IMG/VR virus record: IMGVR_UViG_3300044837_000078
Location: 2,637-66,636 of that record
Reading direction: 5' to 3' (one strand)
DNA: 64,000 bases
Source of the DNA: a virus
Positions 37,173 through 48,332 of the stretch are shown here, piece by piece. The first letter of the stretch is position 1. Each line of letters starts with the position of its first letter. Made by a program: the position numbers and the translations under genes. The notes below the pieces were generated by a model. That model made no database searches. It had not been told where the DNA came from and saw only the letters and a program-made list of their open reading frames with translations.

Positions 37173-40100
37173 CTTGGAAGCGCGGAGAAATGTGTGGATC
37201 ATGCGCCGGTCGAAAGGGGACTGACGCCAACCTTGCGCCGGATACCATGAAAACGCTGGGCGAATGTATCGCAAGCGGCGAGCCATTCTACTGTCACGAA
37301 AGCACGGCGGAACTTGACCCGAATAGCCTTTCAATCGACCGCTACGGAAACAGATACCGCAAATTGCCGTTCAGTCGCTGGCGTCTATGTCGCGCATGGA
37401 TGACCGCAATCGAATCTCTGAAAGCCCTGGCATAGGAGAATGAGAATGAAACACCGCTGGCATTTTCTTGGCATCGAATGGCATCGCCGCTGGCGTGAAG
37501 GAAAAACTTGGCTCGACAATGCGGGTGGCGACCACCTGTTGGTTCACCACGGTTTCTATTCGCTGGAATGGGCGCGTGGACCCGACGTTGATTTTTACCG
37601 CGCTCGTAAAGCAGCACAAGCATCATGACTGACCTTCTTGCCTACCTGCTTATCGGTTTTGTGCTTCACTGGATTGCCACGCAAATTCTTCGCGTTGAAA
37701 CTAACCTGGATTGGCGGTGGGAACTGGCGGCAACTATTTTTTGGCCGATAGCTGCGATCTGCGGAATTATTTTAGTGAGGCGTGATCGTCAAATTCGTAA
37801 ACGAGGTGCATCATGAACAAAAAATTGGCTAAGGAAAAGAGTATTGCTGGCGAAATCAGCGTTGGCGAGTTGCGCAAGATGATCGCGACTGCCAGACCGC
37901 GCGGGGGCATGAGTCGGGTCAATCCTCAGTTCACGCTAGAGCAAACTTGTGACATTTTCGAGAAGGCGTTGACCGGCCGCGACGATACCGAAATTCCATC
38001 TGGAATGCGGCTAGATACTTATCGTCAGCAGATGGTGCCTAGCCGCGACAGTCTGATAATACGCAATATTTTGCGAGATTGCGCATCATGACCCAATCCC
38101 CCGATACCAAACCCGAGACAGCCCGCGCCGTTGAACCCAGGGCCGATGCCGGAGGGGCACTGGCGGAGGAACCGTTTGAAATGTCAGAAGACGTGCAAAC
38201 CGAATACGAGCGCGGCATCGAAGACGGCAAAACGCGTATGCGTAGCTTGGCTGACGATGTTCTGGCGCGGGCGCGGGCAGACGAACTTGAAATCGAAGCT
38301 CTCAAAGCGCGGGTTGATGATTTGAACCGTCGTCTTCGCACCCCCGCACTTCCCGCAGCGGGTGAGGTGCTGAGCAAGGTTCTTAGTAGATGGCAGGAAA
38401 AGCTTGCTGACTTAGAGGACATGAAGCGGCGGGGCGACTTAACCAAAGATTGGGGAGAATGCTCTCTCATCAATGCGCGCACCATCGTTCAAGATTTAAC
38501 CGCCGCCCTCGCCCTTCTGCAATCGAAGGAGGCGGGGCGCTGTAGAAATTGGGCCGGCGACTGCGCGGCCTTTACCGATCATGGCATTGTTTGCGACTCC
38601 TGTTCGTCATTCCAAGCTTCACCTGTCCCGCAAGGGCAAGAGCCTCGCACTATTACACTCACGCCGCCGACGCCGGATCAGGTTGAATATCTGAGGGGCC
38701 TCGCGGCTGAAAATCCCGGCGCTAAAATCTTCGAACACAAGTGGTTAAACCCGAACTGCATTGAAAACGGTTGCCAGTCTCCCGCCCCGACCGGAGTTGC
38801 GCCGGTAGCATCGGGGGGCAGTCCGGTGGCGGATGAGTTGGGACAAACCGCCGGCGATGTTTATGGTGTTTCAACGGTCCGCCCCACCGGAGCGCTGCGG
38901 AAGGGGCTAACTGAAATCGCCGAAGCTTGTGAGAAAGCCGCGCATCCGTTCGCCCCGGTTTGCCTTTCGGAAATACACTTGGACAGCTTGCAACAGATTG
39001 CGGCAAAAGCACGCGCCACCCTCGCCGCATCGGATCGGGAGTAGCGGGATGGCAATCAAACTCAAGGTGCATGAACGCTGCCAACGGTGCGGACGGATCG
39101 CAGCATGAGCTATGAATACATCAAGCGCGCCTATTCGGTCGAATTAAAGGTCGGCCAGCGCGTCAGGCATCAGGTAACCAACCGCGACGGATCGGTGGCG
39201 CGCGAAAGCAAGAGCCAATCGCATTACGCAATGGTCCGCTTCGACGGCGATAAACATTCGCTGCCCTGCCATCCGTTGGAATTGGATGTTCCCGCTGATG
39301 GGGCGCTGCGCTCTGATGGAGAAACGAAGTGAAAACCGTGAGCCACATAATGTTAATCGGGCCGCCAATTTTCCCGATTTTTAATGAGCATTTACTGACA
39401 AGCATGGAGCCGATCAATGACGCCGACATAGTGCCATTTATCCGAAGCGACAACGCCGACATGAACTTCGCGACAAACTGCGCATGGAGTTCGGACACCG
39501 AATGGTTCTTCGTCGTGCTGCCAGAAGGTATCGCCCTTTGGAACGTCTATAGCCGCAATGGGCTCCTATGCCAAAAACAAAGCGGCTCGTTCATCGGCCA
39601 TTGTCTCGATAGCGGATTATTGAGCAGCAGTATCCGAAAACGGGGCGAACGTCCGAACGTTAAGCACACCGCGCTGCGCTCTGATGAGGAACGGGATGGA
39701 TAGTTTCCTTTGGTGGTCAGGTGCTGTGGCTTGGGGCGCCCTTGGTGTTGCCGGGTTTCTCGGCATTTCAGATAAAATCATCGAATACACGGTCAATAGC
39801 TTGTGGACGCAGCGCGAGTTTCTGGCATTCGTCGCGGACCGTCTGAAAAGGAGCCGCATATGAGCGACAAGGAAGAAACCATCGGCGAGTTAATCGAGAA
39901 AAAACGAGCGGCTGGTTACGATCCTGAATTTGAGGCTCGACTAGCGAAAATATGGCTATGTCCAAACTGCCAACGCCGCGCAACAATCCTTGAACTCCTG
40001 TTCGCTCCCAACAGAGGCATGGCCTGCCCACGCTGCTTATCCGAAGAAATCGAGCCTATCGATGGCGGCAATCCTGATCTCTCAGTAATTGTTGGAGGAA

Positions 40101-40792
40101 AACCCCTCCGATGACCGATGACCGTCAAACCTTGCCGAGCGGTGCGGTGAACCAAATGTTTGAAATGCGGGAGTGAGAGATGACATCTGCACAGAAAGCT
40201 ATTGTAGCACTCCGCAAACCAGATGCCACACTTGCGCGGGTGCCAAATACTATTCGTCAATCCATCGCGGACATTATAGAGGAACAAAATCGCAAGGTCG
40301 ATAAGTGCGGTTTAGCCCTGATGATGATTGCAGAAGGGTGTGCCGATCCGGCCGGATTTGCCGCGAAGATAATGCGCGAACTGCCGTGACCCTCCCCACC
40401 TTAACCCTTGAGCCATTAGAGATGGAGACGAGATGAAACCTACAACACAGATCGCGCTCGATTGGGCCTGCCGCAGCTTTGGCACTGAGCATGTCTACAA
40501 TTTTCCGATCCGCGCGCTGCGGGTCGCGGAGGAAGCCGTGGAACTGGCGCAAGCCTATCGCATTCCGAAAGAGAAGATGCTGGACCTGGTTGAGATCGTC
40601 TACAGCCGACCTCCGGGCGAGCCAGATCAGGAACTAGGCGGCGTCGCCATGACGGCTGAGGTTCTTGCCGCTGCGCACGGCCACGACTTGAACGCCTACT
40701 TCGAAATCGAACTGCGGCGCGTGCTGGCGAAATCTACCGAACATTTTGCGAGGCGCAACCAAGACAAGATCGATATTGGACTGACCGCCTAG
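37169..40792 (+). CDS. Run of small accessory early genes (37169-37435, 37440-37628, 37625-37816, 37813-38091, 38088-39044, 39105-39332, 39329-39703, 39860-40114, 40180-40389, 40433-40792)
   Basis: Mostly ATGA-coupled ORFs. The last has a MazG-like EEAVEL...QELGGV helical motif. Confidence 0.55.
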
Positions 40793-40831
40793 ACTTTCAC
40801 CCGACAGCGCCGATGCTGATGCGAGAAAGAG

Positions 40832-41611
40832 ATGAACTGTAGGAAAGCATTGGCCATCGATTTGTATTGCGGGCTTGGCGGCTGGACGGACGGCCTGCTT
40901 GCCGAGGGCTTTGACGTGATCGGTTTCGATATCACTCGGCACGCCTACGGCGAGCATCGCTATCCGGCGCAACTCGTCATCCAGGACGTTCGCACGTTGC
41001 ACGGCTCGCAATTCAAGAGTGCTGACCTGATCGTCGCATCGCCGCCATGCCAGGCATACAGCTATCGGGCGATGCCGTGGAAACGCGCGAAGGCTTTGCC
41101 GCCGCCGTGCAACGCGCTTTTCGAAACGTGCTTCCGAATCCAGCGTGAAGCCTGCGAGGCCGCCGGGCGGCATATCCCGCTGATCGTGGAGAACGTGCGC
41201 GGTGCCCAGAAATGGGTCGGGCGAGCGCGCTGGAACTACGGCTCGTTCTATCTATGGGGCGACGTGCCAGCGCTGATGCCGGTAACGTTCAAGGGCGTGA
41301 AGGTGCCCAGCTTTCGTTTCGATGGCAGTGGAAGATCATTCCAGAGCGAATCGGTGAAGGTCGCGGGACTGAATTTCAGCAATTACGGAAAGCCGGGCTA
41401 CAAAGCTCAGGCTTTCAACACGACCGCAGAGCAGCGCTTACGAGGCGAATACGGCGGCAACTTCGGCTGGGACGGCTCGCCGCTTCGTCGTGGCAATTCC
41501 AAATCCCCCGGCCGCAAGATGGCGTCCGCCATGATCGCAAAGATTCCGCTGCCGTTAAGCCGGTATATCGCCGCGACTTTCCGTCCTCAAATCGCACAGG
41601 CCGCAGAATGA
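40832..41611 (+). CDS. DNA cytosine-C5 methyltransferase-like protein
   Basis: IDLYCGLGG (motif I), ASPPCQ.YS (catalytic PC), ENV. Confidence 0.8.
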   Translation: MNCRKALAIDLYCGLGGWTDGLLAEGFDVIGFDITRHAYGEHRYPAQLVIQDVRTLHGSQFKSADLIVASPPCQAYSYRAMPWKRAKALPPPCNALFETCFRIQREACEAAGRHIPLIVENVRGAQKWVGRARWNYGSFYLWGDVPALMPVTFKGVKVPSFRFDGSGRSFQSESVKVAGLNFSNYGKPGYKAQAFNTTAEQRLRGEYGGNFGWDGSPLRRGNSKSPGRKMASAMIAKIPLPLSRYIAATFRPQIAQAAE

Positions 41612-41836
41612 CCCGCCCGCCCCTCACGCTGGAGAGGTTGCCGCTGTACCCGACAGAAGCCGAGTACGCGCGGGCGATATTGGGGGGACGATGACGCTGC
41701 CCTCGACCTATCCGCGCCAGCCGCGCCGCTTCAACTGCCTTCGCTGTGGCTGCGAGGTCTACCGGCCGGAGAGCGACCGCTTCGATGACTGGATCTGTTT
41801 AAATTGCAGGTACGGGCGGGTGAGGCCGGAGGAAGC

Positions 41837-42010
41837 ATGATCGACCGACAGCACGGCAAGCTTATCTTTGAGTGTGACAGCTGCGATGAAACGCTGACGT
41901 GTGACACCGACAATTTCAACGAGGCTTGGAACGAGGCTAAGCGCGAGGGCTGGCGCTCGCGCAAGATCGGCGACGAATGGGTCCACGGCTGCCCGAGTTG
42001 CGGGGTTTGA
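41837..42010 (+). CDS. Small zinc-ribbon protein
   Basis: CDSC...AK.EGW...CPSC; GGAGG RBS. Confidence 0.6.
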   Translation: MIDRQHGKLIFECDSCDETLTCDTDNFNEAWNEAKREGWRSRKIGDEWVHGCPSCGV

Positions 42011-42282
42011 TGACCAAGCTACAGAACACACTCGCCTATCCGCCCCGTGGCATGTGCGCCGATCGGGCTGCGGCCTATTGCGACCTGTCAAAAACAAAAT
42101 TCCTGGAGGGTGTGAATAGTGGGACTTGGCCGCCCGCAAAGGATGTAGATGGCGCACCAAGGTGGGATCGTCGGGAACTCGACGCTGCCTGGGATGCCTT
42201 GGATTATCGAAAGAAGGCCAGCAGTCGCGTCAAGACGGTGAGCGAACTGCTGGAGAAACTTGGTGGGGGCGGTGGACATTGA
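42010..42282 (+). CDS. xis: Excisionase-like HTH protein
   Basis: PRG....AAAYC.LS...F...V..G..P......RWDR.ELD, directly upstream of the integrase. Confidence 0.75.
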   Translation: MTKLQNTLAYPPRGMCADRAAAYCDLSKTKFLEGVNSGTWPPAKDVDGAPRWDRRELDAAWDALDYRKKASSRVKTVSELLEKLGGGGGH

Positions 42283-43324
42283 GTTTGTAAATAGCTTTGA
42301 GGACCGACATGGTCATTGGCGCTACTATTTTCGAAAGAACGGCAAGCGCTACGCGCTGCCTGGTGCGCCAGGCACGAAGGTTTTCACGGAAGCTTATGAC
42401 GCTCTGTGCGCCGAGCATGCGCCGCACGTCCTGCTGAAGAACAGGGGACCGAAGGCTCTGATTGACGGGTCGATCAATTGGATCATTGCCGAGTATAAAA
42501 AGTCGGGTAGCTGGAGCAATCTCGCTGACACGACGAAGGAAGTCTATAATCGTCGTTTCGATTGGCTGAAGCAACATTGCGGCACGGCGCAATTCAAGTC
42601 GATGACAGAGCGCGACGTGCGAACAATCAGAAATCTGTTCAAGGACAGGACAACCGTTGCAGACGCGATGGTCGAGAAGATCGGCATGCTTTGGGGCTTT
42701 GCGAAAGAGCATCTCGACATGGCCGAACTTGGCCCTAACCCGACGAAGGAAGTGGCCTCGCTGCACAAGGGCAGCACGCCGCACCCGAAATGGCCGGAGG
42801 CGCTTTGCAAAGCTTTTGAGCAACTCAACAACCCGCGCATGGTGCGTGCGTACTACCTTCTGCGCTACACCGGTCAACGCCGTTCCGATGTCGTGAAGAT
42901 GCAGCCGCGGATGTTCGACGGCTCGGCAATCGAGGTCGTCCAGCAAAAAACCGGAACCTACTGCTGGATCCCCTGCCATCAGAACCTGCGTGACCACCTG
43001 ACGGCGACCGGCATAGACGATCCATACCTGTTGACGCACTCGCTGGGCGGTCGCTACCAGGCGACCAGCCTGACGAACCTCATCATCATCGAATGCAAGA
43101 AACTGGGCTTTCCCGGGTTCTCACCGCACGGTCTGCGGCACCTGGCCGGAGCCGCGCTGGCGGAGGCCGGCTGCACGGTCGACGAGATCATGTCGATCCT
43201 GGGCCATAAGACCGAAGGCGAGGCGAGGGTCTATGTCCAGCAGGCCAACCGCAAGGTCATGGCGTCGTCCGGTGTCCTGAAATGGGAACAAAAGTCGAAA
43301 GGAAGTGGCAAACCGGTGTCCTAA
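42260..43324 (+). CDS. int: Tyrosine integrase
   Basis: DRHG..R.YFR arm domain; TGQRRSD, QQKT, HGLRH, LGH and Y. Confidence 0.93.
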   Translation: MVGAVDIEFVNSFEDRHGHWRYYFRKNGKRYALPGAPGTKVFTEAYDALCAEHAPHVLLKNRGPKALIDGSINWIIAEYKKSGSWSNLADTTKEVYNRRFDWLKQHCGTAQFKSMTERDVRTIRNLFKDRTTVADAMVEKIGMLWGFAKEHLDMAELGPNPTKEVASLHKGSTPHPKWPEALCKAFEQLNNPRMVRAYYLLRYTGQRRSDVVKMQPRMFDGSAIEVVQQKTGTYCWIPCHQNLRDHLTATGIDDPYLLTHSLGGRYQATSLTNLIIIECKKLGFPGFSPHGLRHLAGAALAEAGCTVDEIMSILGHKTEGEARVYVQQANRKVMASSGVLKWEQKSKGSGKPVS

Positions 43325-43480
43325 AATAGTGGCTACCCCATTGATCCAACTAAATCTTGGCGATCCCAGCAGGATTCGCCCTAACCCTAGAAATCATTCA
43401 GCTTTTTCAATCGGAGTGGCAACCCTTTGACCGTATCAAGTATTGATAGCGTTGCAGAAAAACGACCATTGGCAACCCTA
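43304..43480. other. attP: 21-bp core matching a tRNA 3' end, flanked by arm-type repeats
   Basis: 43358-43378 reverse complement is CGAATCCTGCTGGGATCGCCA. Direct repeats TGGC(A/T)A(A/C)CC at about 43306, 43330, 43417 and 43470. Confidence 0.85.
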
Positions 43481-43849
43481 AAGGGCGGCCGAAGGTTAAC
43501 TGAAGGCCTGCTTAAATCGGCCAGCGCTCGCCTCTTCAAATATGCGCGCAGGAGAGCATGGAATTCGAAGGGGGCGATTCCCTTTGCTCTTTCCGTGGAT
43601 GACGTTTTCGCTCGGCTTCGTGAAATTGACGGCAAGTGCGCCATCACAGGCCTTCCGCTGGATTTTGGTCGCCCGCTTGCTGGCCATGCCGGTCCGTTCA
43701 GCCCAAGTATTGACAGAAAAATCCCGGAGGTGGGCTATGTGCCAAACAATATCAGGATTGTCTGTTTAGCCGTTAACATGGCCCTCAGCTTCTGGGGTGA
43801 CGACATCTTCGCGGTGGTGGCCGACGCGTATCTTCGGAAGCGGGTCTGA
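43427..43849 (+). CDS. His-Me-finger-like endonuclease-type protein
   Basis: GKCAITGLP...SPSIDR....GY...N...V...VN. Confidence 0.6.
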   Translation: MTVSSIDSVAEKRPLATLKGGRRLTEGLLKSASARLFKYARRRAWNSKGAIPFALSVDDVFARLREIDGKCAITGLPLDFGRPLAGHAGPFSPSIDRKIPEVGYVPNNIRIVCLAVNMALSFWGDDIFAVVADAYLRKRV

Positions 43850-43957
43850 CAGCCCAATTCTAACGCCCCATGCGTTCCGGCGATGCCGGCGCTATCTCAC
43901 CACTTGTTTCGGGCCAGACCACTCACGGGGCTTCCTACGGGGTTCCGGCATTTAGGC

Positions 43958-43998
43958 AACAAAAAAAGCCCCGCTGCCGGTGAGGGAGCGGGGCGTTT
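43958..43998. terminator. Terminator between converging early and late transcription units
   Basis: A-run, then GCCCCGCT...AGCGGGGC-GTTT. Confidence 0.7.
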
Positions 43999-44028
43999 AA
44001 CTTTTAGCCGGAAACCTAACGTGGTCGC

Positions 44029-45810
44029 TTAGGTCAGGCTGCCTGGCATGCCATCTTCGGCACCCTTTGGCTTGTAGCGATGGGCGCCCTTTTGCCGATC
44101 GGGCTTACTGTCATCGTCAAGGATGCTCAGAACAAGCTGATCCCGGCCGATGATCTCGATCAGTCTTCCCAAAAGCGCTGTTTTGGACATGTTGCGGATG
44201 CGGGCGCAAGCATCGAGGTACGGCCCATATTCGTCAGGGATTTTTTTGAGAAAAGCCTGCATCTAACCCATCGATCCCGGCATGAAGCACCTGATCTCGA
44301 TCCGGTCCAGCGCACCATTGCTGTGATAGTAGATCGGCCACACCATGGTGCGTCCGGCTTTATTCGGTTCGGTAATCACGGCATCATCTGGCACGTTCCA
44401 CCACTGCTCCTCGAGGCGGACGCGGTAGCGGCCGTCCTTGGATTCCCAGTCGACATCACTTAACGCGGTGCCATCGGCATCGCTGCAACACAGCCCCTTG
44501 CCCGAGGCGAGATGGTTGAACCATTCCTTCAGCGGTGAAGCGGCATAGCGGCCGTCCAGATCGCGCGCCATCGCGGGAGCGCAGAGCAGCAGGATCGCGA
44601 TCAACGCTCTGCCAAACATCGCCTTGCCTCCTTGATCGTCTCTTCCGAATATCCGTGCTCCCGCGCCCATTTCTCCGCAGCCTTGATACCTTGCTTGGCA
44701 AACGGCGCGTAGCTCAACTTGATGAGCCAGCAAGGCGCAGCTTGGGCAGGGAATGGCATCAGGAGGGCGGCCAAGAGCGCGAGGGCCGACAGGGCCGGAA
44801 CCTGCCTGCTACTCATGGCGCTTGCGATAGTTTCGATACTTCCAATATTCGTGCTTATCTCCGAAGTCGGAATCGACCCAGCTTTCCCACTTGCGTTCGA
44901 CCCAGCCCCATTTGAGATATCTCATCTTGCCGTCCTTGATTTCGCTATTGTCGTAAGCATCCACATAGACCGGACGCCACGCGAAATAAGGTTGCCAGTC
45001 AGCTCTCGGAGCCGATCCATAGGCAGCGTTGATGGCGAACACGATTACGATCACCACCAACACTCCGCATGTCACCATCACATAGTCGCGCGTCGTCAGC
45101 ATCCCTTGCACACTCCCGGCTTGAACGGCTCGATCGGCTGATAGTCGCTATCTGAGAGAGGGAAAGTGCATGCTGCTGCCGCCTCCCGACAGCAGCGTCA
45201 GCGCGCCGATCAGGCAGAGAATCAAAACTATCGCCCACACCGCCTGTTCAATGCGAGGAGGGATTGGCGCGAACAGCTTGACCACGTAAAGGGCAAGCCA
45301 CACGACGCCAAGCAACACGATGACCCCGATCAGGAGCCATAAGATAGCGATTGCAAGTCCGATCATGACGGTTCTCCTTTAGTCGATGACATTGAATGGA
45401 ATATCGGGCGTCTGTACCTTAAGCGGCCAGATATGGTGCAACGGGTTGCAGACGTATTCGGCGTTGGACCGGTACAGCTTTGGCCCCGGCTGCATTTCTT
45501 CTGGCAGAAAGAACGTCCGCTCCAGAAATGTGTCACCCATCTTTATCGTCGTGAGCGCAGCCGTCGGATCGTAGGAAACCGTAGCGCCGGTCTTGGCGTC
45601 GACGATGGTCCGCACGATGATGCCCGGGCACAGACGGTTTATTGTTAATTGCCAGTGCACCGTGACCTGGCGCCCAGCATGCGACGGATTGGGGATGACG
45701 TAGCTTTCGCTGATGATGTAGCTGTAGGGCGGTGTGGTGTCCGCAACCATGTAAGAAACCCATCCGAACAGGGAAGCAATGATGCAACCGACGATCCAAA
45801 ACCGCTTCAT
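44029..45810 (-). CDS. Small genes distal to the lysis cassette (44029-44262, secreted Cys-containing 44263-44619, 44601-44816, 44809-45111, 2-TM 45148-45366, 45379-45810)
   Basis: Co-directional ORFs, most with signal peptides or TM segments. Confidence 0.6.
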
Positions 45811-46109
45811 GGTTTGCCGAGCCACGGCGCGAAGATCGCCTTGCCGTATGCGAGCAGGACACCACCAAGCGTCCCGACCGCAGACAGACCTATTAGAATT
45901 CCAATGCCTCTGCCGATCGATCCTTCGATCTTGGAAATACGCGCCTCTAGCTCGCGCTCGCGATCTTCGCGTTCGGCCCTTTCCTGCTCAAGGTCGCGCT
46001 CAAGGTCTTCCTTTTCCTTGCTGAGATTTTTGACGCGCTCCGCCAGCAGAGCAAGGGCGGTATAGGGGTTGTTCGGATTGAACTCGTCGAAGTCATGCGG
46101 ACCCGGCAT
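45807..46109 (-). CDS. Coiled-coil + C-terminal TM protein, possible holin
   Basis: Charged coiled coil followed by one TM segment; in the lysis region. Confidence 0.5.
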   Translation of the reverse strand: MPGPHDFDEFNPNNPYTALALLAERVKNLSKEKEDLERDLEQERAEREDRERELEARISKIEGSIGRGIGILIGLSAVGTLGGVLLAYGKAIFAPWLGKP

Positions 46110-46139
46110 TTGCGCCCCTTGTCACGGATTGGGGTCCGA

Positions 46140-46331
46140 TCACCTCGACGGCCAGCAGCCCTGCGCCGCGCCATACAGATTATGCTTCAGGATCTGGCGC
46201 TCGGTCCCCTCGGTCATCTTGTCCTTGCTGGAGGGGTCGATCTCGCTCCAGCCGGTGCAGGAGAAGTGCGAGCAGCCGCTCGCGCTAATCCCTATTCCAG
46301 CGACCAAGATCAGTGTGCACAGTCGGCGCAT
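46140..46331 (-). CDS. o-spanin (Rz1-like lipoprotein)
   Basis: Lipobox ASGC, C.GW..I..S..D.....T..QI..HN..G...C; overlaps the i-spanin gene. Confidence 0.7.
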   Translation of the reverse strand: MRRLCTLILVAGIGISASGCSHFSCTGWSEIDPSSKDKMTEGTERQILKHNLYGAAQGCWPSR

Positions 46332-46617
46332 CTTTCTTTTCAACGTCATTGTCCACCTTCGCTCTGTTTTCAAGCGCGTCGGCATCGCGCCGCGCCTGCA
46401 GGTCCCGCTCGTCCTTGGCTCCCTTGTAGCGGCCGGCCAACACGGCACCGATGATCGCCACGATAGACGCGAGGGCCCATTTGACCGGCTTGGGTGTGAT
46501 CGCCCACAGCGGCACCAGGACCGGCGAGAGGAAGTAGAACGCCGCGGCCGCGCCCAGGCATCCCACCGTGACGTAGAGCCATAGCGGGATGTGATCGAGG
46601 ATCGCGTTTAGGATCAT
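46285..46617 (-). CDS. i-spanin-like membrane protein
   Basis: N-terminal TM segments and a charged periplasmic tail ending WNRD; follows the endolysin. Confidence 0.65.
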   Translation of the reverse strand: MILNAILDHIPLWLYVTVGCLGAAAAFYFLSPVLVPLWAITPKPVKWALASIVAIIGAVLAGRYKGAKDERDLQARRDADALENRAKVDNDVEKKDAPTVHTDLGRWNRD

Positions 46618-46620
46618 GGC

Positions 46621-47595
46621 TCAAGCCGCTTTCGTTTCGGTATCGCCCGCGACGCGCCCGGATTGCGTGACGTGGCCCAGCGCAATGTTACCGGTTTCAG
46701 AGCCTGTGGCCTTCGGATCGACGTACTGCGACAGGACTTCGGGAGGCACAACGTCGTTGTCGTTGTCGGCTTTCACCGGCAATAGATCGAGCGCATCGGA
46801 AAGCGCGGCGTTCTTGGAGCGCGCCCAATAGGCATAGGCAAATCCGAAGGCGGTCGCCAAGCCGCCTGCGACCAGTAGCCCGATGATGATCTGATCGACG
46901 ATGCTGGAGTGGCCCTGCAGCGGCGCCAGCGTCGTCTGTACTGTTGTAAGCGCGGTCGTCACAGTGCCGCCGGCGGCGGTCGCATCGGCGGGCGCGGTGC
47001 TGACCAACGGCCTGGCGTCGACGATCTTGGCCTTCTTGTTGCCGTTCGGAATAAAGACGACTTCGGGGCCGATCGAGCCCATCGCCCAGGCCTGCCCGGT
47101 CTTGCGCAGCGAGTCGACGCGCGCGGTCCAGCCCTTACCGAAGTGATCGAATGTCTTCAGCGACTTGAGAAACGCGATGCGGCGATCGAGGATTTGTCCG
47201 ATCAGGACGTCATGATCCTCGTGGTTGAGAATGCGCTGCATCGTCACCGAGCCCAGCACGCCGTTGGCGGTGATGCCGAGCGCGCGCTGCGCCCACTTGA
47301 TCGATTGCGAGGGGCCGGAATTGATCGCGCCGTCGAGCAGCACAAGATCGATGCCTGGCGGCAGATCGTCGAATTGAATTTTCTGCCCATAGTTCTGGTA
47401 ATAAATCTCGTCGCGCTCGTCGGGCGTCATCAGGAACACGTCCTGATTGGGGAGGCCCTTGCGCAGCCGCCATGCCGAATATTCGCGCTGGATAATTCCC
47501 TCGTTAGTGCGGCCGCCTGGATCGACCGGATCGTCGTCCTTGCCACCTTCGTACTTCAACTCAATTTGCATCGAGCGCGAATAATTTTCTTTCAT
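46621..47595 (-). CDS. Endolysin, glycoside hydrolase family 108 with a C-terminal TM region
   Basis: EGG..DDPVDPGG.TN.GI, LP.GID....D.AINSG, FGKGW..R. Confidence 0.9.
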   Translation of the reverse strand: MKENYSRSMQIELKYEGGKDDDPVDPGGRTNEGIIQREYSAWRLRKGLPNQDVFLMTPDERDEIYYQNYGQKIQFDDLPPGIDLVLLDGAINSGPSQSIKWAQRALGITANGVLGSVTMQRILNHEDHDVLIGQILDRRIAFLKSLKTFDHFGKGWTARVDSLRKTGQAWAMGSIGPEVVFIPNGNKKAKIVDARPLVSTAPADATAAGGTVTTALTTVQTTLAPLQGHSSIVDQIIIGLLVAGGLATAFGFAYAYWARSKNAALSDALDLLPVKADNDNDVVPPEVLSQYVDPKATGSETGNIALGHVTQSGRVAGDTETKAA

Positions 47596-47737
47596 AGCGC
47601 CGCTCGCAGCGCCTTCGCCTTAGCCTCGAGCGAGGTTGCGAGCGCTTCCGTGCCGGTTACCAGCGCAATGATCTTGTCTTTCGCGAACCAGCACAGCGCG
47701 AAGCCGCCCGCGGCTCCCAGTGATATCAGAAATGCCG

Positions 47738-48274
47738 TCATGACAACTTCCTCTCATTGAGCACTTCGCTGATTGAAAATTCCCGGCCGAAATGCACCAC
47801 CTGATCGTCGTGCATTGCCGCGGCCGGAATCCAGTTGAGATAATCCTCGGTCTTGATGATCTGGTTGAACATGTTGTCCAGTGCCCGCCACGCGCCGTCG
47901 ATGAATGCCGCGCACCAGGCGTGCTGCGGATTTTTCTTGTACGTCGATCCGATCTCGCCGATCACGATGCGAACCGGAATGCCGATCGTCCGCAGCACCG
48001 CGTATTTCACCAATGCAAAATCCTTGCAGTCGCCCTGCGCTTGCTGAAGCGTTTGCGCCGGCGATTGCCATGCGTCGAGTTCTTCAGACTCAAGCTGGTT
48101 GAAGGTGATGATCTGATTGACGTGCAGGTTGAAGGCGGCGATCGAAGATAGGTTTGGCGCGGGCACGGCCAAGCCGGAAAAATCCAGATTGGCGCGCATT
48201 TGATTCCACTTGGCGCGCAAGGGATCGTCAGGGCCGACCGGAAGCGGCCGGTAGCCCGCAAATGCAAGGTCCAT
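47738..48274 (-). CDS. Transglutaminase-like cysteine peptidase (BTLCP/LapG-like)
   Basis: VN..I, D.W..P, GDCKDFA..KY..L...G, HA, LDN. Confidence 0.8.
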   Translation of the reverse strand: MDLAFAGYRPLPVGPDDPLRAKWNQMRANLDFSGLAVPAPNLSSIAAFNLHVNQIITFNQLESEELDAWQSPAQTLQQAQGDCKDFALVKYAVLRTIGIPVRIVIGEIGSTYKKNPQHAWCAAFIDGAWRALDNMFNQIIKTEDYLNWIPAAAMHDDQVVHFGREFSISEVLNERKLS

Positions 48275-48332
48275 GGGGATTGCCTTTTAGGTGAAGCGGC
48301 CGACCGCAGTCATGTAGGCGCGCATGTGATTG

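Noticed and set aside
43340-43420. Complete tRNA gene
   Set aside because: Only the last 21 nt of a tRNA are present, with no D or anticodon arm; interpreted as the att core.
44585-44602. Self-target of guide unit 5 (shares GGATCGCGATC)
   Set aside because: Only 11 contiguous of 18 nt match, which is plausible by chance. I could not search exhaustively by eye, so self-targets are neither shown nor excluded.
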